Shown: piece after piece, positions 10,109-20,618 of the stretch
How positions within the stretch are numbered: position 1 is the stretch's first letter
Layout: each line of letters opens with the position of its first letter
NCBI GenBank assembly: GCA_018817165.1
Contig: JAHITY010000124.1
Location: 97,973 to 161,972 of the forward strand
Origin: Candidatus Omnitrophota bacterium
Lineage (GTDB): Bacteria; Omnitrophota; Gorgyraeia; B26-G9
Length of the DNA: 64,000 nt
Direction of reading: 5' to 3'
Position numbers and translations under genes: made by a program
Notes under the pieces: model-generated
The model's database searches: none
The model's input: the letters and a program-made list of their open reading frames with translations, nothing else
What the model was told of the DNA's origin: nothing

Positions 10109-11353
10109 TTGAAGATAGCAATAATCGGCGCGGGAATAAGCGGTTTAGTAAATGCCTATAGATTTTCTACCAAGCATCAAGTTACGGTCTATGAACAAAC
10201 CAAGCAGATTGGAGGATTATGCTCAGGTTTTGAATCGGATGGTAAATATATTGATAAATATAATCATTTCTTTTCCAAGTTTGATAAAGAATTAATCGAA
10301 CTTCTTGCTGAGCTGGGGATAAGTAAAAAAGTTTCTTGGAAAAAATCAGGGCAATGTTTATTCATTAATGATCAGCTTCAGGACTTAAGTAATCCGTTTA
10401 ATCTGTTTTCAATCAAGAATCTTGGTTTGCTTGATAAAATTAAAACAGGAAAATTCTTGGTGGAAAATCTTTTTTCCAGAATGAATATGGAGTTAAATGA
10501 CAAAAATGCTGAAGAATGGATTATTGATCAATGTGGTATTGCCGCGTTTAATCTCTTATTTAAGCCATTACTTAATTTTAAAACTCAGCAAACAGAAGAT
10601 ATTAGCGCCATGTATTTAAAGGCGCGGCTTAAAGAAAGAAAAAATAATATAATTGGAATCCTTGATGGAGGGATGCATACGCTGTTGATTGCCTTAAGAG
10701 ACAGACTGCATAAAAATAAAACTCATATTTGGTTAAATTCAAAAGTTAAAAAAATAATGCGAGATGATAAAAATAAGTGGCAGGTTGTTTTAGATACCGG
10801 ATCTGAGGAGTATGATCTGGTTATTGCCTGTATCTCATTGGCTGATGCGTCAGCTTTATTTGGGGGTAATCCGGGGTTTCCTGTGCCAGAGTACCTTAGT
10901 GTCGGATCTTGGGTATTGGATTTAAATAAGCCGCTTAATCAAAAATGCTGGATTTGTTTGGTTGATGATCAACAGGGAAAAAGGCATGTGGTAGTTAATA
11001 CTCAGCCGCTGGACAAGGACAATCGGGCATATTTTACTTTTTATCTGCGCAATCAATCTCTAAATCAGCAAATTGAGCAGGAGATGTTTAATGCTTGCTG
11101 TGATGCCCTAAAAAAGATAAATCCAGAATTTAATCAGCAATGGATCACTCAAAAGACTTTTCACTCAGATGTCAATGTTGAGCCGGTATTTACCCAGAGA
11201 TTTGTCGCTAAACTTTATGGAGCTGTGGAATCATTTAATGGATTGTATCTTCCTGATTTAGTGTACATGCCGCAGCTTTTAAAAACGATTAATACATCAA
11301 TTGTAAAAAGTTTAATAATAAAACAGAGAATTAGAAAAGAATTTAAAATTTAA
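10109..11353 (+). CDS. FAD-dependent oxidoreductase (amine oxidase/HemY-like fold)
   Basis: IIGAGISG dinucleotide-binding motif, E...IGGL; TTG start. Confidence 0.8.
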   Translation: MKIAIIGAGISGLVNAYRFSTKHQVTVYEQTKQIGGLCSGFESDGKYIDKYNHFFSKFDKELIELLAELGISKKVSWKKSGQCLFINDQLQDLSNPFNLFSIKNLGLLDKIKTGKFLVENLFSRMNMELNDKNAEEWIIDQCGIAAFNLLFKPLLNFKTQQTEDISAMYLKARLKERKNNIIGILDGGMHTLLIALRDRLHKNKTHIWLNSKVKKIMRDDKNKWQVVLDTGSEEYDLVIACISLADASALFGGNPGFPVPEYLSVGSWVLDLNKPLNQKCWICLVDDQQGKRHVVVNTQPLDKDNRAYFTFYLRNQSLNQQIEQEMFNACCDALKKINPEFNQQWITQKTFHSDVNVEPVFTQRFVAKLYGAVESFNGLYLPDLVYMPQLLKTINTSIVKSLIIKQRIRKEFKI

Positions 11354-11365
11354 TCAGGGAAAATT

Positions 11366-12292
11366 ATGTATGCCACAATACAGGTTGATTTAGATAGTTT
11401 ATGGACTTATGATCGATACCTGTACCAAAAAATAAATAATTATCCGGTTGATCCTGTATATTCGCAAAGTCTTCAATCTTTCCTCGATCTTTTTGCCAAA
11501 TATAAATTAAAAGCCACTTTTTTCATTATTGGCAAAGATGTTCAAAATCCCAAACAAAGCAAATATATTAAAATGATAATTGAACAGGGGCATGAAATTG
11601 CCAATCACAGCATGAATCATCTGTCTGATTTCGCTGCTCTAAGCTTGGAGCAAATAAGAGAGGAAATTATCTTAGCGCATAATCTAATAAAATCAGTGAT
11701 TAATAAGGATCCAGTTGGTTTCCGCGCTCCGATGTTTTCGATTAATCAACCGGTAATCCGAGTGCTTGAGGATCTGGGGTATAAGTATGATGCATCCCTG
11801 ATGCCTTCAGCGATTTTCCCCCTGATGATGAACACGGCACATTCTTTATTAAAGTTAAAACCAGTTAATCTTAAATGCGGAAATATCCGCTGGGGTGATG
11901 CGCCTCGCGGAATTTATCATCCGGATAAGCAAAATATGGCAAAACCCGGGGCAATGGAAATTAAAGAGGTACCGGTCAGCGTAAGTAATTTTGCGCGTTT
12001 TCCGATGCACAGCACATATGTTTTTGTTTTTGGGAAATTTTTATTTGATTCTGGTTTTAACTATGCTTTAAAAAATAAAATAACTTTGCATTATCTTTTT
12101 CATGGGATTGATCTATTGAATATTGAACAATATTCGCTCAAATTACCTGGCTTTAAGACTTTGACTAAAAGGCAGAAAATCTGTGAGCAGATAGTTAAAA
12201 AACTTGCTGAAAATTCGCAGGTTGTCACAACCGAGAATCTGATTGCAATTGGAAAGGAAACCCATGGTATACATCCTGCTTCCGGCATTTAA
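11366..12292 (+). CDS. Polysaccharide deacetylase family protein
   Basis: VDLD, ATFF, GHEIANHS, GFRAP, YDAS motifs (NodB/CE4). Confidence 0.9.
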   Translation: MYATIQVDLDSLWTYDRYLYQKINNYPVDPVYSQSLQSFLDLFAKYKLKATFFIIGKDVQNPKQSKYIKMIIEQGHEIANHSMNHLSDFAALSLEQIREEIILAHNLIKSVINKDPVGFRAPMFSINQPVIRVLEDLGYKYDASLMPSAIFPLMMNTAHSLLKLKPVNLKCGNIRWGDAPRGIYHPDKQNMAKPGAMEIKEVPVSVSNFARFPMHSTYVFVFGKFLFDSGFNYALKNKITLHYLFHGIDLLNIEQYSLKLPGFKTLTKRQKICEQIVKKLAENSQVVTTENLIAIGKETHGIHPASGI

Positions 12293-12998
12293 TGAAGCGA
12301 AAAATCTAGAACAGATGTTTACGAATATATCTTTGGTATTAAAGCAGGCAAAACAGCAGTTTTGCATATTTGTAGTTAATGACGGCAGTACTGATAATAC
12401 CGCAAAAATTGTCTTAGAAAAAAACGCGGAATTTCCTTTAGAATTAATTTCTTTTGCCCAAAATCAAGGGGTAGGCCAAGTGTTTCGTCAGGGGATCAAA
12501 ACTATTTGTGCCAAAGCTCAGGCTGCTGACATATTGATATCAATGGATTGCGATCAGACGCATCCAGCTAATGTTTTACCTTTGATGATTGAAAATATAA
12601 GTTCCGGATACGAGCTTGTGATTGCCTCGAGATATCATAAGCAAAGCACTACAGTTAATCTTCCTTGGATCAGGCTGATCATGAGTGACGCGATAAACGG
12701 GTTTTTAAAAGCTTGTTTTGGAATAAAAGGGGCCAGAGATTATTCGACTTTTTTCCGGGCGTATAAAATAGGGTTACTGCAAAAAGCAGAGAAATTTTAT
12801 CAAACTGATTTTATTGAACAAAAGGGTTTTGCCTGTATGGCGGAAATTTTGATAAAACTGCGCAGATTTAATCCGCAAATAAAGGAAGTCCCGCTTAATC
12901 TGCGCTTTGATCTGCGTACGGGCAAAAGTAAGATGAAGGTGTTTAATACTATTTTGGGATATTTGAAGTTAATTGTAAAAGAAAAATTTAGGAAGTGA
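12264..12998 (+). CDS. GT2 glycosyltransferase, polyprenol-phosphate-sugar synthase-like
   Basis: LPAFNE, VNDGSTD, MDCD (DxD), GKSKM; ATG12264 after GGAAAGG. Confidence 0.9.
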   Translation: MVYILLPAFNEAKNLEQMFTNISLVLKQAKQQFCIFVVNDGSTDNTAKIVLEKNAEFPLELISFAQNQGVGQVFRQGIKTICAKAQAADILISMDCDQTHPANVLPLMIENISSGYELVIASRYHKQSTTVNLPWIRLIMSDAINGFLKACFGIKGARDYSTFFRAYKIGLLQKAEKFYQTDFIEQKGFACMAEILIKLRRFNPQIKEVPLNLRFDLRTGKSKMKVFNTILGYLKLIVKEKFRK

Positions 12999-13121
12999 AA
13001 AATATTTACAATGGCGGATTAATAGTCAATAGCTCATGCTAATGGCCAATAGTAAAAATCTCCTGATCCGGGCAGGTAAGTTGGAATATTGTATATCTAA
13101 AATACTTTTAAGGGTAAAAAA

Positions 13122-13634
13122 ATGCTGAAAAATTCAGAGGCAATTCCGCTTTCGATCTTTGTTGTTTATACGAGATTCATTGATTCTCCAATTATCGAAA
13201 ATTGGAAATATCCATTCCTTGTCAGCGGGCTTGCGGCGCTTATTGTCATTATTTCAGTTTTACGCAGAAAAATAATATTTGATCGTATTCTTTTAGGTGT
13301 TAATCTTTATTTAATTAGCGGGGCTTTGGCCTTTATCACGCACAAATGGTGGTTATACAATCTTTACTACCAACTTCAGGCCTCAGGAATGATTGTCTGG
13401 ATTATAGCTACAGGGATTGTAACTGTTTCTTTGAACTCAAAAGGTTTTATTGGTGTTGACTCATCGGATATAAATTCTATTAAAAAATATTCCGGCTATT
13501 TGCTATTGATTTGTGTATTTGCGTTTGCTTTTTCGTTCTGGCTGCGTACCAACATCTTACTTTCAGGATTCCTGCCATTTACTTGCTTATTTTTAGTCCA
13601 AAAATCATTTAAGGATACTTGTCTTAGGAAATAA
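13122..13634 (+). CDS. Hypothetical integral membrane protein
   Basis: 170 aa with several hydrophobic segments. Confidence 0.6.
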   Translation: MLKNSEAIPLSIFVVYTRFIDSPIIENWKYPFLVSGLAALIVIISVLRRKIIFDRILLGVNLYLISGALAFITHKWWLYNLYYQLQASGMIVWIIATGIVTVSLNSKGFIGVDSSDINSIKKYSGYLLLICVFAFAFSFWLRTNILLSGFLPFTCLFLVQKSFKDTCLRK

Positions 13635-13768
13635 CCTTTTACGCCTTAGAGAATTAATTGTTTTTTCCTTAAGAACGCGGTAATGCGTCTACTCGATAAC
13701 ACGTAACCGTACTAGCGCACAAACTAGGTAAATCATATCGTAACTAATAATTCATAACTATACACTTC

Positions 13769-14327
13769 AAGATGATAGGCAATTTTTACATTATATACTC
13801 AGAGTACTCTTTTCTCTTCATTTCTTTGCTGCAGGTCAAAGAAACGAAGCAAAGAAACCCCGCCCCCAGATGAAACAGTGATGATTTTCTAATGATTTAG
13901 TAACTCCGACTTCACCCCGCATTTGCGGGGTTCGCCGCCAAATCGCTCCTCCTGGCTCAGTGGCGTTCCGCCGTCCTGGCTCCATCTCCGTTCCTAAACC
14001 AAAGAAAATAGATCACTTGGTTTCAAGGGGGGAATCTAAACCTAGCTATTAGATTAATTCATGTGAAAGATGATGGGAAAATTTTTAAGCTTCTCACAAA
14101 TTTAGGTAAATACGTGTCGGATTTTTGGGGACCCTTTAAATGAGAGCCTGACTTACGGAGTGTTAGCGAAGTCAAGTCAGCCTGCTCGCTTGTCCCGCCG
14201 TTCTCTGGCGGGGAATTTAGCACGAGAAGCAGCGATTAGCTGCTGATCGTGAATCCTTATTATTTAAGAACGACGCAATACTAAAGAGTTGCAATCTTTT
14301 GTCAGCGTAAAATTTGCCTGCCATCTT
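13769..14327. mobile_element. Non-coding composite structured element with imperfect terminal inverted repeats (MITE-like)
   Basis: aagatgataggcaatttttac (13769-13789) vs revcomp of 14307-14327 = 18/21 match; GC-rich internal hairpins; no ORF. Confidence 0.45.
14136..14263 (+). repeat. ~128 bp multi-hairpin dispersed repeat, copy 1
   Basis: About 90% identical by manual alignment to revcomp of 28963-29091. Confidence 0.9.
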
Positions 14328-14411
14328 TTAAAAGTAATGCGTTGGCGAGTTGATTGTTTTTTTTATGAACTCGTTAACTCGATAACACTCAAACGTGTCA
14401 ACCCTGTTAAA

Positions 14412-15827
14412 CTATTTTCTTTTTTCGAAAAGTAAATACTTGAGCATGTAGAATGAGAGTTTGCATAATTGGGGGAGTTGTTTAGGATTGAGCATTTTTT
14501 TGCAGAAAAAACCGATAAAATGCCAGCTGAATAAATAACGGGTATAGATCTGTTTTTGAAAGGTGACTAATTGTTGGGCAGTTAAATGTTTTGTGCCCCA
14601 GGGCGGGACAGAGTGCATGAAATTAAACTTATTCCAATCAATGTCTTTGATCAAACCATATTCCTGCATAATATTATAAATTTCTGTGCCGGGATAGGGA
14701 CAGATAATTCCCAGCTGAAATACATCAGGTTTGATTTCTTTGATTATCTGCTCAGTCAGGGCAATATCTTCAGCAGTTTCTTCAGGATGAGAGCCGAGAA
14801 TAAAAAAAGCGCAGGCAACTATTCCTGCCTTATGCGTTAGCTTGAAAGCTTGCTTGATTTGTTCTATAGTTATGTTTTTCTTCATTAGTTTTAGGATCTT
14901 AGGACTGCCGGATTCAACTCCGTAAGCAATTTTTAAACAACCACAATCCTTCATCAGAGAAATTAGCTGTTTATTGACCATGCTGACTTTAGTCTGACAA
15001 TCCCAAGTTAATTTCAACTCTTTTAATCCAAAACAAATTTGTTTGAATCGATCAGGATTTAAAGTTAGATTAGTGTCTTCAAAGGTAATATGATTATAGC
15101 CCATGTCTTTGCATTGCTTTAATTCAGCAATAACATTTTCTGCGCTGCGGAATCTTGCTTTTGGACCGCTGGTTTTTTTAACAGCGCAGAATGTGCAGTC
15201 CTGAGAACATCCTCGAGAAGTAAATAAAACAGTGGGTTTTTTGCCGGCAGTATCAATGCCGGCAGCATACATATTTTTATATAAATTATGATTCAGTAGG
15301 CTGCGGTCAGGAAAAGGCAGGCTGTCTAAATCTTCAATGTCCTCAGTGGGTTGATTTATCACTGCTTGTTCGTCCTTTATAAAAGCAATGCCGCTGATAC
15401 TGTCAATCGGTTGTTTGTCTCTAAGATTTTGGCAGAGTTTGAGCAAAGCGATTTCACCTTCGCGCAAAACCAGATAATCAAAACAAGGGAATTCCTCTAA
15501 GCTCTGCTTTGGCACTGCGGAAACATGCGCGCCACCGGCAATTGTAATTATATTATTATTGATTTTCTTTGTGGCTTTGGCAAGATCATGCGCATTATTA
15601 ATAGTAGGCGTCATGCTGGTAATGCCGATAATCGAGATATTGGCTTCCTTGATTTTTCGGGCTAAAATATCCGGTGAAAAATGTTCGACCTCAAAATCCC
15701 AAATAATTGTTTTGAATTTATTTGCATTTAAAAAAGCAGCTAAATAGGCGAGGTTTATCGGTTCCTGAATTAGGATTTTTTCAAAAGCTCCAGTTATTTT
15801 TGGCGGACGAATAAGGGCAATATTCAT
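14412..15827 (-). CDS. B12-binding-domain radical SAM protein
   Basis: EPINLAYLAA, GGAHVS, TSRGCSQDCTFC, YGVESGS. Confidence 0.93.
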   Translation of the reverse strand: MNIALIRPPKITGAFEKILIQEPINLAYLAAFLNANKFKTIIWDFEVEHFSPDILARKIKEANISIIGITSMTPTINNAHDLAKATKKINNNIITIAGGAHVSAVPKQSLEEFPCFDYLVLREGEIALLKLCQNLRDKQPIDSISGIAFIKDEQAVINQPTEDIEDLDSLPFPDRSLLNHNLYKNMYAAGIDTAGKKPTVLFTSRGCSQDCTFCAVKKTSGPKARFRSAENVIAELKQCKDMGYNHITFEDTNLTLNPDRFKQICFGLKELKLTWDCQTKVSMVNKQLISLMKDCGCLKIAYGVESGSPKILKLMKKNITIEQIKQAFKLTHKAGIVACAFFILGSHPEETAEDIALTEQIIKEIKPDVFQLGIICPYPGTEIYNIMQEYGLIKDIDWNKFNFMHSVPPWGTKHLTAQQLVTFQKQIYTRYLFSWHFIGFFCKKMLNPKQLPQLCKLSFYMLKYLLFEKRK

Positions 15828-16053
15828 GTCTTTCCTTAATTACCGATAGTAAATTTAGTCATTGTAACTAATTAAATATTATGATAGACTCTAATATTAT
15901 GATAGGCTCTATAAGTATTTTGTACTTATGTTACTCTTAATATTTTCATAAGTCAACAGTGGGGTTAGAAAGCATGGAGGCTAACATTGATTTTATGCGG
16001 AACAATTGATAAAACAATCTAACTTTATAGAATAAATCTAACCAGGATAAATT

Positions 16054-17553
16054 TTGAAAATATTACTGTTAAATCCTATTGATATTCATATTGCTTGGCC
16101 CGTTAAAAATGACTTTGCTAAATATCTTTTTTGTAATCCAGGTATTACCTTTCCCCTCATAGCAAGATTAATTCCCAAACATCATACTGTTTTCTTTTTT
16201 GATGGGTTTTACCACCAAATCAGTCTCAAAGAGTACAAAGATTTGATAAAACAATATGATATTATTATGCTGACAATTGTCGATTCCTTAGTTGCCTTGA
16301 ACTATGAAATAAGCATTAAATTAATAAAAAAACTTTTTCCTGAAAAAGTTATCATTGCCGGAGGAATACATGCGAATATTTATGCAAAAGATTGGCTGGG
16401 AAAAGGAGTTGACATTATTGTCAAAGGCGAAGCGGAAAACAGTTTACCCCAACTTATAGAAGCTATTGAATATAAAGCTTCTTTGCAGGGAATTAATGGG
16501 TTGATATATTTGGAAAATGGCGGGATCAAAGAAACCGCAACGCAAAGTTTATTGGATGATCTCGACGCAAGTCCGATTCCTAATTGGGACATTATTGATT
16601 TTAAATTATATAATTTAATGCTAAGAAAAAAAGGATATACCGCGGCTTTAGAAACATCGCGCGGCTGTATTAATGGATGTAATTTTTGTTTGGTGAATTC
16701 ATTTTGGAAAAAAACCCAGAGGTATAAATCAATACCGCGTGTTTTGGAAGAATTAAAAATTTTAAAGCGTTATGATGTATCACAATTTGCGATGCTTGAT
16801 GATGGATTTGCTAATGATATTGATCGCGACAGCCGGCTTTTGGAAGCAATGTTAAGTAAGGGGCTTGATTTTGCTTGGGCGTCTTTCTTAAGAATCGATA
16901 CAATTATTGATCATCCGGAATTTGTTGAACTAGCGGCAAAAAGCGGTTTAAAACGGGTAGTTGTAGGTTTTGAACATACTAATGCCGCGGTTCTTAAACT
17001 GATCAATAAAGGATTAAAAGATGGTGGTTGTGATGAAGAGTATATCAAAGCAATGGATGTATTAAAGAAAAATAATATATTTACGGTTGGTCTTTTTATC
17101 GCGGGATATCCCGGTCTTAAAAAAGATGAAAAGCTTAAATACAGCAAAGCCAGAAGATATTGTACTGATGCGCGGGCCGGAAATTACAAAGCCCTGCCTA
17201 GTACTTTTGGCTATAATAATGTTTCGAAGAATTTTGACGTTGAAAATATGTTTTATCATGATGCTCGATTGACTTCTTCCGCTCAATCTTCCAAGGAACA
17301 TTTTATCTTTAATGTCTTGGCTACCTTAGACCCTGTAAAATATACTATTTTATTTGATCGCCGCTATCATTACAGAGAGTATTTTTATAAAAGCCTTTTG
17401 CTTCTTTTTAGACAGATGTTTGATCTTAATTTGTCTAAAATTAAGGAATTTATAGTCTTAAAAATCTTAAATTTGCCACTTAAGGATAAAAAACAGTATT
17501 TGGTCAAAAACTATTTATCAGAGGATTTTATTAATCGGTTAATTTTAAAATAA
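16054..17553 (+). CDS. B12-binding-domain radical SAM protein (resembles hopanoid/lipid methylase class)
   Basis: GGIHA, GEAE, ETSRGCINGCNFC; TTG start. Confidence 0.88.
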   Translation: MKILLLNPIDIHIAWPVKNDFAKYLFCNPGITFPLIARLIPKHHTVFFFDGFYHQISLKEYKDLIKQYDIIMLTIVDSLVALNYEISIKLIKKLFPEKVIIAGGIHANIYAKDWLGKGVDIIVKGEAENSLPQLIEAIEYKASLQGINGLIYLENGGIKETATQSLLDDLDASPIPNWDIIDFKLYNLMLRKKGYTAALETSRGCINGCNFCLVNSFWKKTQRYKSIPRVLEELKILKRYDVSQFAMLDDGFANDIDRDSRLLEAMLSKGLDFAWASFLRIDTIIDHPEFVELAAKSGLKRVVVGFEHTNAAVLKLINKGLKDGGCDEEYIKAMDVLKKNNIFTVGLFIAGYPGLKKDEKLKYSKARRYCTDARAGNYKALPSTFGYNNVSKNFDVENMFYHDARLTSSAQSSKEHFIFNVLATLDPVKYTILFDRRYHYREYFYKSLLLLFRQMFDLNLSKIKEFIVLKILNLPLKDKKQYLVKNYLSEDFINRLILK

Positions 17554-17560
17554 ATTTATT

Positions 17561-19040
17561 ATGAGCAATAAACCAAATGTAATTTTGATCTATCCTAAAA
17601 TTGGAGGGCCATTTATCAATCTTCGCAAAAAAAGACCAATGCCGCTGGGATTATTAAATGCATCGGTTTATTTAGTTGATGATTATGAGGTTAAAATATT
17701 TGACCAATCATTACATTCTAACTGGAAACAAGCACTTAGAAATTTAATCAATTCAAATACCTTAATTGTCGGTATTCACGCCATGGCGGGATATCAGCTG
17801 CTACATGCTCAAGATGTGTCTAAATTTATAAAATCCATTTGTAGCACCCCAATAATCTGGGGAGGGGTGCATCCTACTTTAATCCCGGAAACAGTTCTTA
17901 AAGAACCTTTTATTGATTATGTTTGTGTCGGAGAAGGTGAGCGGACATTTCCCGAATTGGTAAAAGCAATCCAGCTTAAGCAGGATATCAGTTCGGTTAA
18001 AGGAATTTATTATCGAAATAACAGCAAGAATATCTTTACCGGGGATCGGGAGTTTGTTGATTTGAATCAACTTCCTGAATTGCCGTATCATTTACTTAAC
18101 CTTTCTGATTACAATGTCAGCGGGGGGGCGAGGTTTGATGAAAAGGAATTAAAACTATCTATGGAAACCTCCCGGGGTTGTGCTAATGATTGTATTTTTT
18201 GTTACAATCCCGTATTTAATAAGCGACATTGGCGAGCCCAAGATGCCGATAGAGTTATCGAACGTATCGAATTTTTAGTAAAAAATTATCATGTGACCCA
18301 TATTGATTTTATTGATGATGCCTTTTTTACTGATTTGGGTCGTGTGGAAAAAATCGCTAAATCATTGATTGCTAAAAAAATCAATATTAAGTGGTTTTTA
18401 CAAGGAGTGGATATTCAAAAACTTATGCAGGCCGATGATGCTTATTTGGATCTTTTAGATAAAGCCGGCTGCCGCGTTATGCGTATGGGGGCAGAATCAG
18501 GCTCCGCGAGACTCCTTGAGCAGATGCAGAAAAAAAGCACGATTGATCAAGTAATTAAGATCAATAAGCGATTGCGCGATACAAATATTGTTTGTTATTA
18601 CTATTTTACAATTGGCATGCCTCAAGAGACAGAAGCGGATCTAAAAAAGACTGTGGATCTAATGCTGACACTATTAGCGGATAATCCTCAAGCTAGAATA
18701 TTGTCGGCATTTTGTCTGACCCCTCAGCCAGGCACTAGATTGCTTGAAGAGGCTCAAAAGCAGGATTTTTCCTTGCCTAAAACCGTCAGTGATTGGGCAA
18801 AGATTGATGGAACAACGATTATTACGCCTTGGTTTGATAAAAAAATGAAAAAAAAAATTAAATTTCCTTTTTTTTATAAGCTTGTTTATAGATCGGAAAA
18901 ATCAGGATATAATTGATTCAACTTTTATTCGGTTTTTATGTGCTGTTTATCGTCCGATTGCTTTATTTCGGATTAAGCGCCTTAATTTTAAGTTTCCTAT
19001 AGAATATGCGATGTTTAATTTGCTCAAAAAAATATATTAA
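17561..19040 (+). pseudogene. B12-binding-domain radical SAM protein with apparent C-terminal frameshift
   Basis: GGVHPT, ETSRGCANDCIFC; ORF stops at 18916, but removing one base from A10 (18848-18857) or T8 (18868-18875) gives ...FISLFIDRK...YRPIALFRIKRLNFKFPIE... to TAA19040. Confidence 0.75.
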
Positions 19041-19121
19041 GAACAAATTTTGTTATTAAACATTCTAGTTGATAGAATAAATCTTAACCTTAAAAATTAT
19101 AATAAAATCAAGGAAGAGTAT

Positions 19122-20618
19122 ATGCAATTTAGCAAAAAAATAAAGAAAGTCATGTTGATTTTTCCTACAGGAAAAGTCTTGAAATGGCGTTTTCATCATT
19201 GCGAAATTCCTATGGGTCTGGCATATTTAGCAGCTGTTTTAAGAGATGATTTTGAAGTTAAAGTTCTTGATGGCCGGGCAAAATTTCAAAGGATAGTCCC
19301 GAAAAACAGTAAATGGGAGTATTTTGGATATAAGCCAGAGGAGATTGCCGCGCAGGTTAAAGCGTATGCTCCGGATGTAGTGGGAATCAGCTGTCTTTCT
19401 TCATTTCATTTTTCCGATGTTGCGGATTTATTTGAACGTATTAAGCAAGTAGATAAAGATATTATTACTGTAACCGGAGGAACTCATCCGACCTTTTTAG
19501 CTGATGAAGTTATGAAAAAACACACCAGTATTGATTTTATTGTTATGGGTGAAGGTGAACAGACTTTTCGGCAGCTGCTTCTTAATATAAATTCTGAAAA
19601 AGACTATAGCCGAATGGATGGGCTGGCTTTTCGGAGTAAGGGAACTTATCAAATTAATCCCAAGACAGAGTACATTAAAAATCTTGACGAATTGCCTTAT
19701 CCGGCATTTGATTTATTCCCCCTAGATTTTTATGAAAAAAAAAGCATTCCCTTTAGTGTTACCTCTCGCAGTAAGAAAACGATTCCAATTTTAACCAGCC
19801 GCGGCTGCGCGTCAAACTGTATATTCTGCGCGTCTAAAAATTATTGGGGTAACCGTTACCGCATGCGTTCCGCGGAAAATGTATTAGATGAAATAGAATA
19901 TGTGGTCAAAAATTACGGCGCTCGAGAAATTCAGTTTATTGATGATAATCTTACCTTAGATAAAAATAGGGCCTGTAAAATTTTTCAAGGTTTAATTGAC
20001 CGCAAGCTTGATATTCATTGGAATACGCCCAATGGTGTCGCGGTATGGACATTAGATGAAAAGATGCTTAAATTAATGAAGGCAAGCGGCTGTTATGAAT
20101 TAACTGTTGCTTTTGAAAGCGGAGCGCAGGAAGTCTTGACCGATATTATTAAAAAGCCATTGGATTTAGAATACGCGAGAAAAATGGTTAATAAGATGAA
20201 AGAACTGGGTATACAGGTGCATTCATTTTTTATTTCCGGATTTCCCGGAGAAACAAAAGAGCAAATAAAAAGAAGTTTTGCTTTTGCAAAGACCATGGAT
20301 TTAGACAGCGCTTGGTTTTTTGTCGCGAATCCGACACCCGGTTCTGAATTATATGATATTTGCAAAAAAGAAGGATATATTAATGATGATTTCTCATTTG
20401 AAAATATTGAGTATACTCTTTCGCACATAAAAAATAAGGAGTTTACTCCTAAGGAAATGGAAAAACTCGTAATAAAACAGTTTAGTGATTATAATTTAGG
20501 TCAGATGGTAAAACATCCTATTCGTTTTTTAAAAAAATATCTTGGGCTGATAATTTCCCACCCGATAATGTCTTTAAGGACTGTCTTGGCGGATATTTTA
20601 TTTTATGTAGGTAAATGA
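19122..20618 (+). CDS. B12-binding-domain radical SAM protein
   Basis: PMGLAYLAA, GGTHPT, TSRGCASNCIFC; ATG19122 after AGGAAG. Confidence 0.93.
   Translation: MQFSKKIKKVMLIFPTGKVLKWRFHHCEIPMGLAYLAAVLRDDFEVKVLDGRAKFQRIVPKNSKWEYFGYKPEEIAAQVKAYAPDVVGISCLSSFHFSDVADLFERIKQVDKDIITVTGGTHPTFLADEVMKKHTSIDFIVMGEGEQTFRQLLLNINSEKDYSRMDGLAFRSKGTYQINPKTEYIKNLDELPYPAFDLFPLDFYEKKSIPFSVTSRSKKTIPILTSRGCASNCIFCASKNYWGNRYRMRSAENVLDEIEYVVKNYGAREIQFIDDNLTLDKNRACKIFQGLIDRKLDIHWNTPNGVAVWTLDEKMLKLMKASGCYELTVAFESGAQEVLTDIIKKPLDLEYARKMVNKMKELGIQVHSFFISGFPGETKEQIKRSFAFAKTMDLDSAWFFVANPTPGSELYDICKKEGYINDDFSFENIEYTLSHIKNKEFTPKEMEKLVIKQFSDYNLGQMVKHPIRFLKKYLGLIISHPIMSLRTVLADILFYVGK

Noticed and set aside
8605-16053. Cobalamin riboswitch or RiPP precursor for the rSAM cluster
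   Set aside because: No B12-box/GGGAA core recognised in the upstream regions and no convincing short precursor ORF; the enzymes lack SPASM motifs
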